From: an uncultured Gemmatimonadaceae bacterium
GTDB lineage: Bacteria; Gemmatimonadota; Gemmatimonadetes; Gemmatimonadales; GWC2-71-9
Reading direction: 5' to 3'
DNA length: 64,000 nt
NCBI GenBank assembly: GCA_964598655.1
Contig: CAZRCT010000003.1
Location: 49,006 to 113,005 of the forward strand
Shown one piece after another: positions 14,120 to 26,063 of this stretch (positions are counted from its first letter, which is position 1; each line of letters opens with the position of its first letter). Both the position numbers and the translations under genes were made by a program. The notes under the pieces are model-generated. The model was not told where the DNA came from and did no database searches. It worked only from the letters and a program-made list of their open reading frames with translations.

Positions 14120-16777
14120 TCAGGGCTGGCGGCGGGACGCGGTATCGGCCAGCTCGGCACGGAAGCGGTCGGCGGCAGCGAGCTCACCGAGGGAGTCGAA
14201 GGCAGCCACGAGGTCGCGCCGGGCGGCGCGGACGAAGCTGGTGGCGGGGTCGGTCTGCCGGACCAGGATGTCATAGCCGGCGCGCGTCTCGGCGATCGCC
14301 GCACGATACCGGCCCTGGCGCAGCAGGGACCGTCCCAGCTTGATGTGCCCGATGCCGGCGTTGACGTGGCCCGGCGGCAGGATGCTGTCGTAGATGGCGA
14401 GCGCCTCCCGGAAGAGCGGCTCCGCGCCGCGTGGGTCCCCCCGCTGCATCACCACGCTGGCCACGTTGGCGAGGGCCACGGCCACGAACTGGTGGTACTC
14501 GCCCAGGGTGCGGCGGTAGATCCGGAGCGCCTCACGAAAGCGTGCCTCCGCCACCGGGTAGTCGTCCACGGTCCAGGCCACATTGCCGAGCTCGTTCAGG
14601 GCCTCCGCCACCTGCGGATGCTCCGGCCCGTAGACCCGCCGCTGCACCGCGAGCGCCTGGTCGAGCGCCGCCACGGCCTCGGGGATCCGCTTCTGGTAGG
14701 TGAGCGTGCGGCCCAGGCGGGTCAGGTTGGCCGCCACCTCGGGGTGGGCCTCGCCGTACCAGCGCCGGGTGATGTCCAGCGCGCGGGCGTAGAGCGACTC
14801 GGCGGCGGCGTAGTGGCCCAGCATGAGCTGCACCTCGCCGAGCGCGGCCAGGTCGCTGGCCACGTCGGGGTGGCGCGGGCCGTGGCGCGCCGCATCGAGG
14901 TCCAGCACCGCGCGGCCCAGGGTGTCGGCGAGCGGGTAATCCCCGGCGTAGAAGTGGGCCTGGGCCAGCTCGCGCAGGTGGGTGGCGTGCTCCGGCGGCG
15001 CGCCGCCGGCGGTGGCGTCCTGCTGCACCAGCGCGGCCAGCAGGGTGATGGCCTCGGGGTAGCGACCGCGCTTCTGCAGCACCTGCGCCAGCGTCACGGT
15101 GGCCTCGGCCACCACCGGATGGTCGGCCGGCATGGTCCCGCGTCCCCGGGCGAGGGCGTCGCGCGCCAGCGAATCGGCCTCGGGGAAGCGGGCCTGCGCC
15201 AGCCGGAGCTGCGCCAGCGCCACGAGGCTCCGGACCAGCGCCGGATCCTGCGGCGCGACGCGGGCGCGCCGCTGCGCCAGCGCCCGGCCGAGCAACGTAT
15301 CCGCGCGCTCGAGCTGCCCCAGCCGCTGGAAGACGCTGCCGAGCGTCTGCAGGAGCTCCTCCTGCACCGCCGGCTCCCGGTCGAGCGCCGAGGCGTCGCG
15401 CACCCCGCCCTCGAGCAGCGACACCACCCGCAGACTCTCGGCCGGCGCCACCGCCGCCTCGCCCCCCTGAAAGAGGCCGAGCATGAATTCCTGGATGCGG
15501 GCCCCGCGCGCGGCCTCGGCGAGCGCCGCATTGCGGGCCTGGGCCAGCCGGAAGGTGTAGAAGCCCACGAGGGACACGACGACCAGCACCACGAGCGACA
15601 CCGCGGCGGTCGCGGCGGCGTGGCGGCGAAGGAACTTGCCGAGCCGGTAGCCGAGCGCATCCGGGCGCGCCTCGAGCGGCTCCCCGGTCAGGAAGCGGTC
15701 GATCTCGGCGATGAGGGCATCCACGCTGCGATAGCGCCGGGCCGGGTCGGGATGGAGGGCGGTGAGGCAGAGCACGTCGAGGTCCGCCCAGGTGGCGGAG
15801 CCGACGGCGGACCAGAGCTCGCCGGCGCGCCCGGCCACCTCGCGCGCGGCCAAGGAGGGACGCACGGGCGGGCCGCGCAGGACCAGCCCGGCCGCGGCCT
15901 CGGGCGTAAGCCCCGCGAGGTCGAACGGCAGGCGGCCGGCGAGCAGCTCGTAGAGGACCACGCCCAGCGCATAGACGTCGGTATGCACGCCGATGCGCCC
16001 GCCGAGGAGCTGCTCGGGCGCGGCGTAGCCCGGGGTGAGCGCGCGGAGCCCGGTACGGGTCTGGTCGGCCGGCAGGTCCACCGCCTCGAGCTGCTTGGCG
16101 ATGCCGAAGTCGAGCAGCTTCACCACGCCGTCGGCGCGGACCAGGATGTTGGAGGGCTTGAGGTCGCGGTGGATCACGGCGTGCTCGTGGGCGTGCCGGA
16201 CGGCCTCCGCGACGGTGCGCAGCAGCTGGAGCCGTTCGCGCACGGGGCTCCGCCGCCCTCGGCACCACTCGGTGAGGGGCAGCCCGTCCACGTACTCCAT
16301 GGCGAACCACGGGGTGCCGTCGGGCAGCATGTCCGCATCGTACAGGCGCGCGATGCCTGGATGGTTGAGCTGGGCCAGGGTGCGCTGCTCGGCCCGGAAG
16401 CGCTCGCGCCGCGCGGGGGAGAGCCAGGCGTCGGGGAGGATCTTGATCGCCGCCTGGGTGCGGAGGTCGGCGCGCTCGGCCAGGTAGACCACGCCCATGC
16501 CGCCCTCGCCGAGGATCCGGAGCAGGCGGTAGGGACCGAAGAGCTGGCGGCGGACGGGCTCGTCCACGCGGCCCACCACCACCTCCGCGGCGCCGGCGAG
16601 GCCGCGGTCCAGGAGCGAGTCGCCGCCGGCGTCGGCGGCCAGCATGCCGAGGACGAGTACCGCCAGCTCCATGTCGGCGCCGGCCCGGGCGCGGACGTGC
16701 GCCTCGCGCGCCGGGGCGTCCAGCGCCAGCGCCTCGTGGAACACGGCCTGGATCTCGTCCCAGCGGGCGCGCTCCAT
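14120..16777 (-). CDS. Ser/Thr protein kinase with one TM helix and C-terminal TPR repeats
   Basis: The track ORF runs to 17173. The real start is the ATG at 16777 (MERARWDEIQAVFHEAL...), 5 nt after the sigma factor stop. It has a kinase core (GEGGMGVVYLA, HRDLKPSNILV, DFGIAK), then a TM helix (AAVSLVVLVVVSLVGFY), then many TPR-like repeats. Confidence 0.9.
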   Translation of the reverse strand: MERARWDEIQAVFHEALALDAPAREAHVRARAGADMELAVLVLGMLAADAGGDSLLDRGLAGAAEVVVGRVDEPVRRQLFGPYRLLRILGEGGMGVVYLAERADLRTQAAIKILPDAWLSPARRERFRAEQRTLAQLNHPGIARLYDADMLPDGTPWFAMEYVDGLPLTEWCRGRRSPVRERLQLLRTVAEAVRHAHEHAVIHRDLKPSNILVRADGVVKLLDFGIAKQLEAVDLPADQTRTGLRALTPGYAAPEQLLGGRIGVHTDVYALGVVLYELLAGRLPFDLAGLTPEAAAGLVLRGPPVRPSLAAREVAGRAGELWSAVGSATWADLDVLCLTALHPDPARRYRSVDALIAEIDRFLTGEPLEARPDALGYRLGKFLRRHAAATAAVSLVVLVVVSLVGFYTFRLAQARNAALAEAARGARIQEFMLGLFQGGEAAVAPAESLRVVSLLEGGVRDASALDREPAVQEELLQTLGSVFQRLGQLERADTLLGRALAQRRARVAPQDPALVRSLVALAQLRLAQARFPEADSLARDALARGRGTMPADHPVVAEATVTLAQVLQKRGRYPEAITLLAALVQQDATAGGAPPEHATHLRELAQAHFYAGDYPLADTLGRAVLDLDAARHGPRHPDVASDLAALGEVQLMLGHYAAAESLYARALDITRRWYGEAHPEVAANLTRLGRTLTYQKRIPEAVAALDQALAVQRRVYGPEHPQVAEALNELGNVAWTVDDYPVAEARFREALRIYRRTLGEYHQFVAVALANVASVVMQRGDPRGAEPLFREALAIYDSILPPGHVNAGIGHIKLGRSLLRQGRYRAAIAETRAGYDILVRQTDPATSFVRAARRDLVAAFDSLGELAAADRFRAELADTASRRQP

Positions 16778-16782
16778 GGGGG

Positions 16783-17319
16783 TCAGGCGCCGGGGCGGAG
16801 CGCGTGGGCGAGCCAGGCGCGGGCGGCGCGCCAGTCGCGCAGCACGGTGGCCTCGGAGACGCCGAGCAGCTCGGCGATCTCCGGCACCTCGAGGCCGCCG
16901 AAGAACCGGCCTTCGACCATTGCGGCCTGCCGCGGGCTCACGCGGGCCAGCGTCTCCAGCGCCTCGTGCAGCCCCAGCACCTCGGCGGGGGTGGTGGCGG
17001 CGCCCTCCATGGCGTCGTCGAGCGTCACCGGCATGTCCCCGCCGCCGCGCTTGTCGGCCAGCCGCCGGCGCGCGGCCTCCACCAGCACCTGGCGCATGGC
17101 CCGGGCGGCCACCCGCTTGAACTCCAGCCGCGAGAGCCGCCCCACGGCCGGGGTGGCGGCCAGCTTGAGCCACGCCTCGTTGACCAGCGCGGTGGGCGTG
17201 AGCGTCACCTGCCGCTCCCCCCGGCGCACGGCGCCCGCCAGCCGCTTCAACTCCTCATAGGCGACCGCGAAGAGCCGGTCCACCGCCAGACGTTCGTCGT
17301 CCGGAACCATGGTCACCAT
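16783..17319 (-). CDS. ECF-type RNA polymerase sigma factor (TIGR02999-like, kinase-associated)
   Basis: This is the C-terminal 178 aa of track ORF 16783-18879. Sequence: ...LFAVAYEELKRLAGAVRRGERQVTLTPTALVNEAWLKL... plus a region-4 HTH (EIAELLGVSEATVLRDWRAARAWL). Confidence 0.85.
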   Translation of the reverse strand: MVTMVPDDERLAVDRLFAVAYEELKRLAGAVRRGERQVTLTPTALVNEAWLKLAATPAVGRLSRLEFKRVAARAMRQVLVEAARRRLADKRGGGDMPVTLDDAMEGAATTPAEVLGLHEALETLARVSPRQAAMVEGRFFGGLEVPEIAELLGVSEATVLRDWRAARAWLAHALRPGA

Positions 17320-17454
17320 GCGGGACCTCCGTGCTCCCCAAGGTACGCGCGGGCCCGGAATCGGCCAGCCACCGGCCCGCCGTCTCCGAGGGATGATGGT
17401 TTCTCGCCGGTTCCTGCGCATGGCGAAGGGACACCCCCACGGACGGAGGCTCGG

Positions 17455-18408
17455 ATGCGCGGACTGGCAGTGGTGGCGCTCGGGATCGGGGCGCTGGCGG
17501 CGGGACTCGGGTGCGGCAGCGGTACCGGCCCCTCCAATGGCGGCGGGGGTGGTGGGGGCGGCGGTGGAGGTGGTGGCGGGGGCGGCGGCGGGGGATCGAG
17601 TGGCTTCTCGGCCGTGATCGACGGCCAGACGTGGACCGCCACGAGCACCAGTCGCAAGGCACAGGTGGGGCCGTTCGGGGCCATCACCATCCAGGGCCTC
17701 GCCAACGGCACCACGCTGCTGCTGATCCTCTACAACATCGATTCGGTGGGCACCTACCCGCTCGGCATGGGCGGCACCGCCGTGGGCGGCCTCGGGCAGG
17801 TCAGTGACCTCACCGGGCGGGGGTGGAGCACGCCGCTTTCGGGCGCGGCCGGCAGCGTGACGATCACCACGCTCACCAGCGGCCGGATCGCCGGCACGTT
17901 CTCCTACGACGCCGACTCGATCCTCGGTGGCGCCCATGGGACCCGGGCGGTCACCGCGGGGCAGTTCGACCTGCTGCTCGGCGGCACCTTCGCCCCGCTC
18001 CCGGGCAACGCGGGAAGCCGGCTCGACGGGACGGTGGCCGGCGCCCCCTGGCTCGCCTCGACGATCGTGATGCAGTTGCAGGCGGGCACCCTCGTCATCG
18101 GCGGCAACAACACCGCCTACTCCCTCTCCGTGGGGGTGACGGGCTTCACCGGCCCCGGGACCTACACGGTGGGCTCCGCCCCCGGGGATGCCGTGGTGAC
18201 GATGATCGGCCCCGTGTCCAACCCCTTCGGCACGGTGAACTGCTGCTGGGGTGGTGGCGGCGGGACCACCGGCACCCTCACCATCACGGGCCAGAGCGCC
18301 ACGCGGCTCCAGGGCACCCTGTCCGCCACGCTCCCGCCGACGCCGGGCACCGCGGCTGCGAGCACGCTCACCGTGAGCGGCGTGACCTTCGACATCGGCA
18401 TTCCCTGA
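17455..18408 (+). CDS. Lipoprotein with poly-Gly linker, unknown function
   Basis: This is the C-terminal 317 aa of track ORF 16804-18408. The ATG has GGAGG upstream. Lipobox LAAGLGC, then 19 consecutive Gly, then Gly/Thr-rich beta-type sequence. Confidence 0.75.
   Translation: MRGLAVVALGIGALAAGLGCGSGTGPSNGGGGGGGGGGGGGGGGGGGSSGFSAVIDGQTWTATSTSRKAQVGPFGAITIQGLANGTTLLLILYNIDSVGTYPLGMGGTAVGGLGQVSDLTGRGWSTPLSGAAGSVTITTLTSGRIAGTFSYDADSILGGAHGTRAVTAGQFDLLLGGTFAPLPGNAGSRLDGTVAGAPWLASTIVMQLQAGTLVIGGNNTAYSLSVGVTGFTGPGTYTVGSAPGDAVVTMIGPVSNPFGTVNCCWGGGGGTTGTLTITGQSATRLQGTLSATLPPTPGTAAASTLTVSGVTFDIGIP
17539..17595 (+). repeat. GGN codon run (19 Gly codons)
   Basis: Read in frame from 17539: ggc ggc ggg ggt ggt ggg ggc ggc ggt gga ggt ggt ggc ggg ggc ggc ggc ggg gga. 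Confidence 0.9.
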
Positions 18409-18453
18409 CGGCCCAGCCGTCCATCCCCGACTCTCTCCCAGCGAGGTGCCGTC

Positions 18454-19338
18454 ATGTGGGGCTTCATCACGGGACTGTTCAGCCTGCTGCTCTGGATCGG
18501 CCTGCCGCTCCTGGCGTTCGCGGCGTGGACCTACAACAAGCTGCAGAAGCAGGCGCAGGAAGTGCGGGAGGCCACGTCGAACATCCAAGTGGCGGTGGCC
18601 AAGAAGCTCAACCTGGTCAACCAGCTGGGGGACATCGTGAAGAGCTTCCAGGCCAGCGAGCAGTTCACCCACCTCAAGCTGGCGCAGGACAACAACGCCG
18701 CGGCCATCGCGGTGGCCTACGCCCAGTCGGGCGCCATGCTGAGCTCGCTGCTCGGCGCGGCGGACCGCTCGCCGGAGTTCAAGGCCAGCGAGCAGTACCA
18801 CCGGCTGGTGGACAGCATCCAGCACTGCGAGCTCGACATCCAGCAGGCGCGCACCACGCTCAACACGGCGGTCAAGCACTATAACAATGCCTACCTGGCG
18901 TTCCCCACCGTGCTGCTGGCCCCGGTGCTGGGCTTCTCCAAGGCGCCCTACCTCGAGTTCGACGTGAGCGGGAACGTGGACGCCACCGCGCTCAAGAGCT
19001 TCCAGACGGACGACGGGGAGCGGCTCAAGCAGCTGCTGGCGGGCGCGGGCGGCTCGCTGGCCGGGGCCGGCCGGACGCTGGCGGGTGCGGCGGGCCAGGC
19101 GGGGAAGCTGCTGGCGGTGCAGGCGGGCAACGCGGGGAAGCTGATCGCGGCCAAGGCGGCGGAGCGCGGCGCCACCAGCTACTTCTACCTCCCGCGCGGC
19201 GGGGTGCCCCGCGGGCCGGTGCCGCTTCCCACGGTGCGCGAGCTCATCCAGCGGGGCGAGCTCGACGCCGACGTGATGGTGGCGCGCGCCGGTTCCGAGG
19301 AGTGGCAGCCGGTCTCCGCGCTGCCGCAGGACGCCTGA
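18454..19338 (+). CDS. LemA family protein fused to a C-terminal GYF_2-like domain
   Basis: 294 aa. An N-terminal TM helix plus LemA-like helices (YNKLQKQAQEVREATSNIQVAVAKKLNLVNQL...). The C-terminus YFYLPRGGVPRGPVPLPTVRELIQRGELDADVMVARAGSEEWQPVSALP resembles GYF_2/DUF4339. Confidence 0.75.
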   Translation: MWGFITGLFSLLLWIGLPLLAFAAWTYNKLQKQAQEVREATSNIQVAVAKKLNLVNQLGDIVKSFQASEQFTHLKLAQDNNAAAIAVAYAQSGAMLSSLLGAADRSPEFKASEQYHRLVDSIQHCELDIQQARTTLNTAVKHYNNAYLAFPTVLLAPVLGFSKAPYLEFDVSGNVDATALKSFQTDDGERLKQLLAGAGGSLAGAGRTLAGAAGQAGKLLAVQAGNAGKLIAAKAAERGATSYFYLPRGGVPRGPVPLPTVRELIQRGELDADVMVARAGSEEWQPVSALPQDA

Positions 19339-19359
19339 CGCAGGTCGCCCGCCGGGGCG

Positions 19360-20052
19360 TCAGCGCACCAGTTCCGCGGTGACGCCGCCGGCGGGCTGCA
19401 GCAGGACGTTGTTGAAGAAGGGGGCCGGCGCGCCCTGCAGGGCCGTGAGGAGGCCCTCGAGGCTCGTGACCTCGACGGCGAGCGTGGCCGGCGTGCCCAC
19501 CTGCGCCTGCGTCTGCTGGCGCAGCGCCAGCACCTCGCCGAACCCCAGGAAGGCGGGAATCACCTGGTGGCCGTTCACCGTGATGGTGACGTAGCCGAGC
19601 GCGTCGGAGCGCAGCAGGAACACCGGCGTACCCTGCACCGCGGGCTTCCCCTGGCGACGCAGCTCATCGTTGGCCGCCACCACCTGCTCGGGATCCGGGA
19701 CAAAGGTGATCTCGTACCCGCCGGCGGCCGGCCGCTGCCGCAGGACGTCACTGAGGGTGGGGGAGTCGAGCCGGAGCTGGGACGCCACCGCGGCGTTCTG
19801 CGCCTTCACCCCGGCCAGGAAGCTCTCCGCCTGGGCCCGCCGCAGGAACAGCACCACGGTGGGGCGGCCATTGGGCGGCGTGCTGATGAGGAGGTTGCCG
19901 CTGGCATTGATGTGCGTGAAGACGGGCAGCGCCTCCGTGGCACGGAACAGGTTGGCCGGGGAGCCGCCCTGCGCCACGAGCGCGGGCGTCCCGAGCACGA
20001 GGGCCGGCAGCAGGAGGAGGACCGAGGCAGGACGACGGGGCACGGCGGACAT
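19360..20052 (-). CDS. Secreted protein, possibly Tic22-like
   Basis: 230 aa with a signal peptide. It has two similar halves (LPVFTHINASGNLLI...VVLFLRRAQAESFL and TPVFLLRSDALGYVTITVNGHQVIPAFLGFGEVLAL). The family call is tentative. Confidence 0.45.
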   Translation of the reverse strand: MSAVPRRPASVLLLLPALVLGTPALVAQGGSPANLFRATEALPVFTHINASGNLLISTPPNGRPTVVLFLRRAQAESFLAGVKAQNAAVASQLRLDSPTLSDVLRQRPAAGGYEITFVPDPEQVVAANDELRRQGKPAVQGTPVFLLRSDALGYVTITVNGHQVIPAFLGFGEVLALRQQTQAQVGTPATLAVEVTSLEGLLTALQGAPAPFFNNVLLQPAGGVTAELVR

Positions 20053-20149
20053 CCGGGATCGAGTCGGGGGTGCGCCTCCGCCGGGATGGGGATGGGCACG
20101 CGCCTGAAAAGTAGTGGAGCCCCCCGGTGGTGGGAGGGTGCGCCCGGCC

Positions 20150-21781
20150 TCATCCGTGCCCGCCGCCCTCGCGCCAGCGCTCGAGGGACTCGACCCGCGC
20201 CTCCAGGCGGGCCAGCCGGTCGGCCTCGGCGCGCGGGGGCGCGGCTGGCGGGGACGCCGGCGTCACCCGGACCGGGCGCACGGGCGGCGGCGTGAGCGGC
20301 GAGCCGCCGGCCGGCAGCACGCCGCGCGCGGCCAGGCGCAGGAAGAGGCGCCCCGGCAGGCCCATCCACACCACGCGGAACAGCCGCTCGCCGATGCCGG
20401 GGCGGAACGGGCTCCGCATCAGGCCGATCATCGAGATGCCGATCATGATGACGGCCGACAGCAGCATCACCACGTACGGCCGGGGCACCGTGAAGTGATT
20501 GGGCCCGCTGGTCACCCGCGCCTGCAGGACCACCCAGATCATCGCCACGCCCATCGCGGTCATGCTGCCGAAGACGATCACCGTCTTCCGGCGCCGCGCC
20601 ACCACGCCCGGCAGCGCCCGGAGCCGCGACCGCTCCTCCTCACGCTCGCTGAGCACCCGCCCGAACCCGGCCAGGATCTCCCCCGGGAGGAAACCGGCCT
20701 CCACCACGCGGCGGGCCGAGCCCACGGTCATCGCCAGGCGGCCCCAGAGGACCGCGAGGAGGAAGATCCCCGGCAGCGCGATATCGATGTTGTTGGGCCG
20801 CGCCTGCGCCGTGCCCCCCTGCCACATCGTGATGATGATGAGGAGGAACACCGCCACCAGCCCGAGCTGCCCGAGGTCCTGGGCCAGCAGCCGCACCGGC
20901 AGCGCCACCTCGGGGGCCGAGAGCTGCGCCGACTCGAGCGCCTCCACCAGCGCCTCCGCGGAGGCGAAGCGACCGCCCGGCTCCTTGCGGACCAGCCGGT
21001 CGATGGCCTCGGCGAGCGCCGGCGGCAGGTCGGGGCGGCGCGTGGCGACGGACGGCACCGCCTCGGTGAGCTGGCGGACCAGGATCCTCTGCGTGGTGTC
21101 GCCGCTGATGGCCAGCTGCCCCGTCACCGCGAACCAGGCCACGAGGCCGAGCGAGTAGAGGTCGCTCCGCCCGTCCACCGTGTCGCCCGAGGCCTGCTCC
21201 GGACTCATGAACTCCGGCGTGCCCACCACCTCGCCGACCCGCGTGAGCCCGGGCGCGGCGGCCTGCCCCGGCGCGCTGATGCTGCGGGAGATGCCGAAGT
21301 CGGTGACGAGCGCGCGGCCCGTGGCGCGGTCGAGCAGGATGTTGTCCGGCTTGATGTCGCGGTGCACCACCCCGCGGCCGTGGGCGTAGGCCAGGGCCCA
21401 CGCCACGTCCTGCAGCAGCCGCACCGCCTCCTTGACGCCGAGCGGCCCGCTGCGCGCCACGCGCGCCCCGAGCGACTCGCCCTCCACGTACCCCATGGCG
21501 AAGGCGAGGAGCCCGGCGTGCTCCTCGACGCCGTAGACTGGCACGATGTTGGGATGGGAGAAGCTGGCGGCGGTGCGGGTCTCGCGCAGGAACCGCTCGC
21601 GCAGTTCCGGCTGGGTGGCGAGGTCGGGCGGCAGGACCTTGATGGCCACGGGCCGGTCGAGCCGCCGCTCGCGCGCCAGGTACACGGCGCCCATCCCGCC
21701 CCGTCCCAGCTGGCGCAGGATCTCATAGCGCTCGCCGAGGCGGGCGCGGAGGTCGGGGAGGGCGTCGGCGGGGGCGGTCAT
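20150..21781 (-). CDS. Ser/Thr protein kinase with polytopic membrane C-terminal region and coiled-coil tail
   Basis: This is the C-terminal 543 aa of track ORF 20150-24763, starting at the ATG at 21781 (MTAPADALPDLRARLGERYEILRQLGRGGMGAVYLA...). The kinase core is a paralog of 9710-11563. It has at least 4 hydrophobic helices and the tail AEADRLARLEARVESLERWREGGGHG. Confidence 0.85.
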   Translation of the reverse strand: MTAPADALPDLRARLGERYEILRQLGRGGMGAVYLARERRLDRPVAIKVLPPDLATQPELRERFLRETRTAASFSHPNIVPVYGVEEHAGLLAFAMGYVEGESLGARVARSGPLGVKEAVRLLQDVAWALAYAHGRGVVHRDIKPDNILLDRATGRALVTDFGISRSISAPGQAAAPGLTRVGEVVGTPEFMSPEQASGDTVDGRSDLYSLGLVAWFAVTGQLAISGDTTQRILVRQLTEAVPSVATRRPDLPPALAEAIDRLVRKEPGGRFASAEALVEALESAQLSAPEVALPVRLLAQDLGQLGLVAVFLLIIITMWQGGTAQARPNNIDIALPGIFLLAVLWGRLAMTVGSARRVVEAGFLPGEILAGFGRVLSEREEERSRLRALPGVVARRRKTVIVFGSMTAMGVAMIWVVLQARVTSGPNHFTVPRPYVVMLLSAVIMIGISMIGLMRSPFRPGIGERLFRVVWMGLPGRLFLRLAARGVLPAGGSPLTPPPVRPVRVTPASPPAAPPRAEADRLARLEARVESLERWREGGGHG

Positions 21782-21822
21782 GACTCGAAGGTACCCCGCC
21801 CCGCCCCGAGGCGCGAGCAGGC

Positions 21823-24687
<2,865 letters not shown>

Positions 24688-24769
24688 AAGCCGGGAAACG
24701 TACCGGCACGAGGCATCGCGCTTCAACCCCGGGCCCGCGGCGGGGCCCGGGGCATCCCCCCATCGGGGG

Positions 24770-25165
24770 TCAGCCGCCCAACAGGCGGACCAGCGCCACG
24801 AGGATGAAGAGCACCACGGGCCAGTGGCCGAGCACCCAGCGGACCGCATTCCGGACGGCGTACCCGGCCAGGTACCACGCCCCGTGCCCGAGCCCGATGC
24901 CGGCGCCGATGGCCATGAGGTAGAGGGGGATGTTGAGCGGCCCGAGGCGCTCCGTGGGCAGCGCCCGCGAAAGGACCATGAGCGCCAGCGCGATCCCGAG
25001 CGCGCTCAGCACGAAGACGATCACCCGGCCGGCGGTGAACTGGGCGCCCTTGCGGACATCGAGTTCCTGCTCCAGGCGCAGCCGGTCCTCGAGGCGCGCC
25101 AGCTCCACGTCGGAGAGCTGCTCGAGCTCGTCCTCGTTCACGTAGTAGTCGGTCAGCCCGAACAT
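24770..25165 (-). CDS. Hypothetical membrane protein
   Basis: 131 aa with an acidic N-terminal helix and then 3 hydrophobic helices. Sits 1 nt downstream of the preceding gene. Confidence 0.55.
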   Translation of the reverse strand: MFGLTDYYVNEDELEQLSDVELARLEDRLRLEQELDVRKGAQFTAGRVIVFVLSALGIALALMVLSRALPTERLGPLNIPLYLMAIGAGIGLGHGAWYLAGYAVRNAVRWVLGHWPVVLFILVALVRLLGG

Positions 25166-25166
25166 G

Positions 25167-25943
25167 TCAGCGGGCCTCCTGCACGCAGAGGACCACCTTC
25201 ACCTCGGTCTCGCGGTAGCCGCCGCCCGAGCCGACGCTGGGCGGCTGCCCGTCGCCGACCTGGATGGCGCTGCCCCCGGCGGCCCAGACCGAGACGGGAC
25301 GCTCCAGGGTGGGCCAGCTCGAGAGGGCCGGGACGTTGCCGAGGCCGCCGGGCAGCCCCCAGCCCGGGCCGAGTTCGCGGCACCACCCCTCGGCCTCGCG
25401 GTAGGTGCCCTTCACCAGCACCGAGTCCGCGATCAGGAGCTGCCAGTCGGCGCCGGAGGCGCGGGCCGGGTCCACGACAATGCCGCGGGCGCGGTTCCGC
25501 CGGTCGAGCTTCGCGTTCTGCTCCGCCAGGAACGCATTGCCGGCGCCGCGCAGGCCCCGCACCAGGGTCGAGTCGGGCCCGAGCAGGGCCACCACGGTGG
25601 CCAGCAGCAGCACGACCACGGCCACCGAGGTGGTGCCGGCCTTGATGCCGCGGTGCACCTGCCCTTGCACCCGCGCCCAGCCGCTGCCGAAGGCCATGTC
25701 CGCCGCCCCCACGGCCACGGCCGTGAGCGCGACCCCGACCAGCCCCGCCGGCAGCAGCCGCTGCAGGACCCCGGCCACCACGCCCATGAGGACCAGGCGC
25801 AGAACCACGCGAGCCAGGTTGGTGACGGAAAAGATGCCGATGCGCCGCTCGGGGTGACGGCGCTCGTCGAGCAGCACGCGGATCCGCTCGAGGCGGGCGG
25901 CGCGGTCGATCATGGGCTCGGGGTGACGGGGCTCGGGGCGCAC
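25167..25943 (-). CDS. Hypothetical membrane protein with C-terminal DUF1566/lectin-like segment
   Basis: 258 aa with three hydrophobic helices. The C-terminus [20 protein letters not shown] resembles the DUF1566 core. The start could be the internal ATG at 25913. Confidence 0.5.
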   Translation of the reverse strand: MRPEPRHPEPMIDRAARLERIRVLLDERRHPERRIGIFSVTNLARVVLRLVLMGVVAGVLQRLLPAGLVGVALTAVAVGAADMAFGSGWARVQGQVHRGIKAGTTSVAVVVLLLATVVALLGPDSTLVRGLRGAGNAFLAEQNAKLDRRNRARGIVVDPARASGADWQLLIADSVLVKGTYREAEGWCRELGPGWGLPGGLGNVPALSSWPTLERPVSVWAAGGSAIQVGDGQPPSVGSGGGYRETEVKVVLCVQEAR

Positions 25944-26063
25944 ACGGCGCGGTGGAGGAATTGTACACCCTTTCGCACCCCGGGCGCGCCCCCGTGGCGC
26001 CGGGCGCCGCCCTGCTATTATTCAGGGCACCCGTCGTCCCCCTGTCCTGAGCCCGCGAGGCCG

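Noticed and set aside
14099-17260. 1053-aa plus-strand ORF, and 14532-16310 on the reverse strand
   Set aside because: These are the antisense and alternative frames of the TPR kinase gene. They have no kinase or other motifs and an Arg/Gly/Pro-dominated composition.
16783-18879. 698-aa reverse-strand ORF
   Set aside because: Only the last 178 aa (16783-17319) look like a protein (the ECF sigma). The upstream part is antisense to the well-supported lipoprotein and LemA genes and translates to Arg/Gly/Pro-rich junk.
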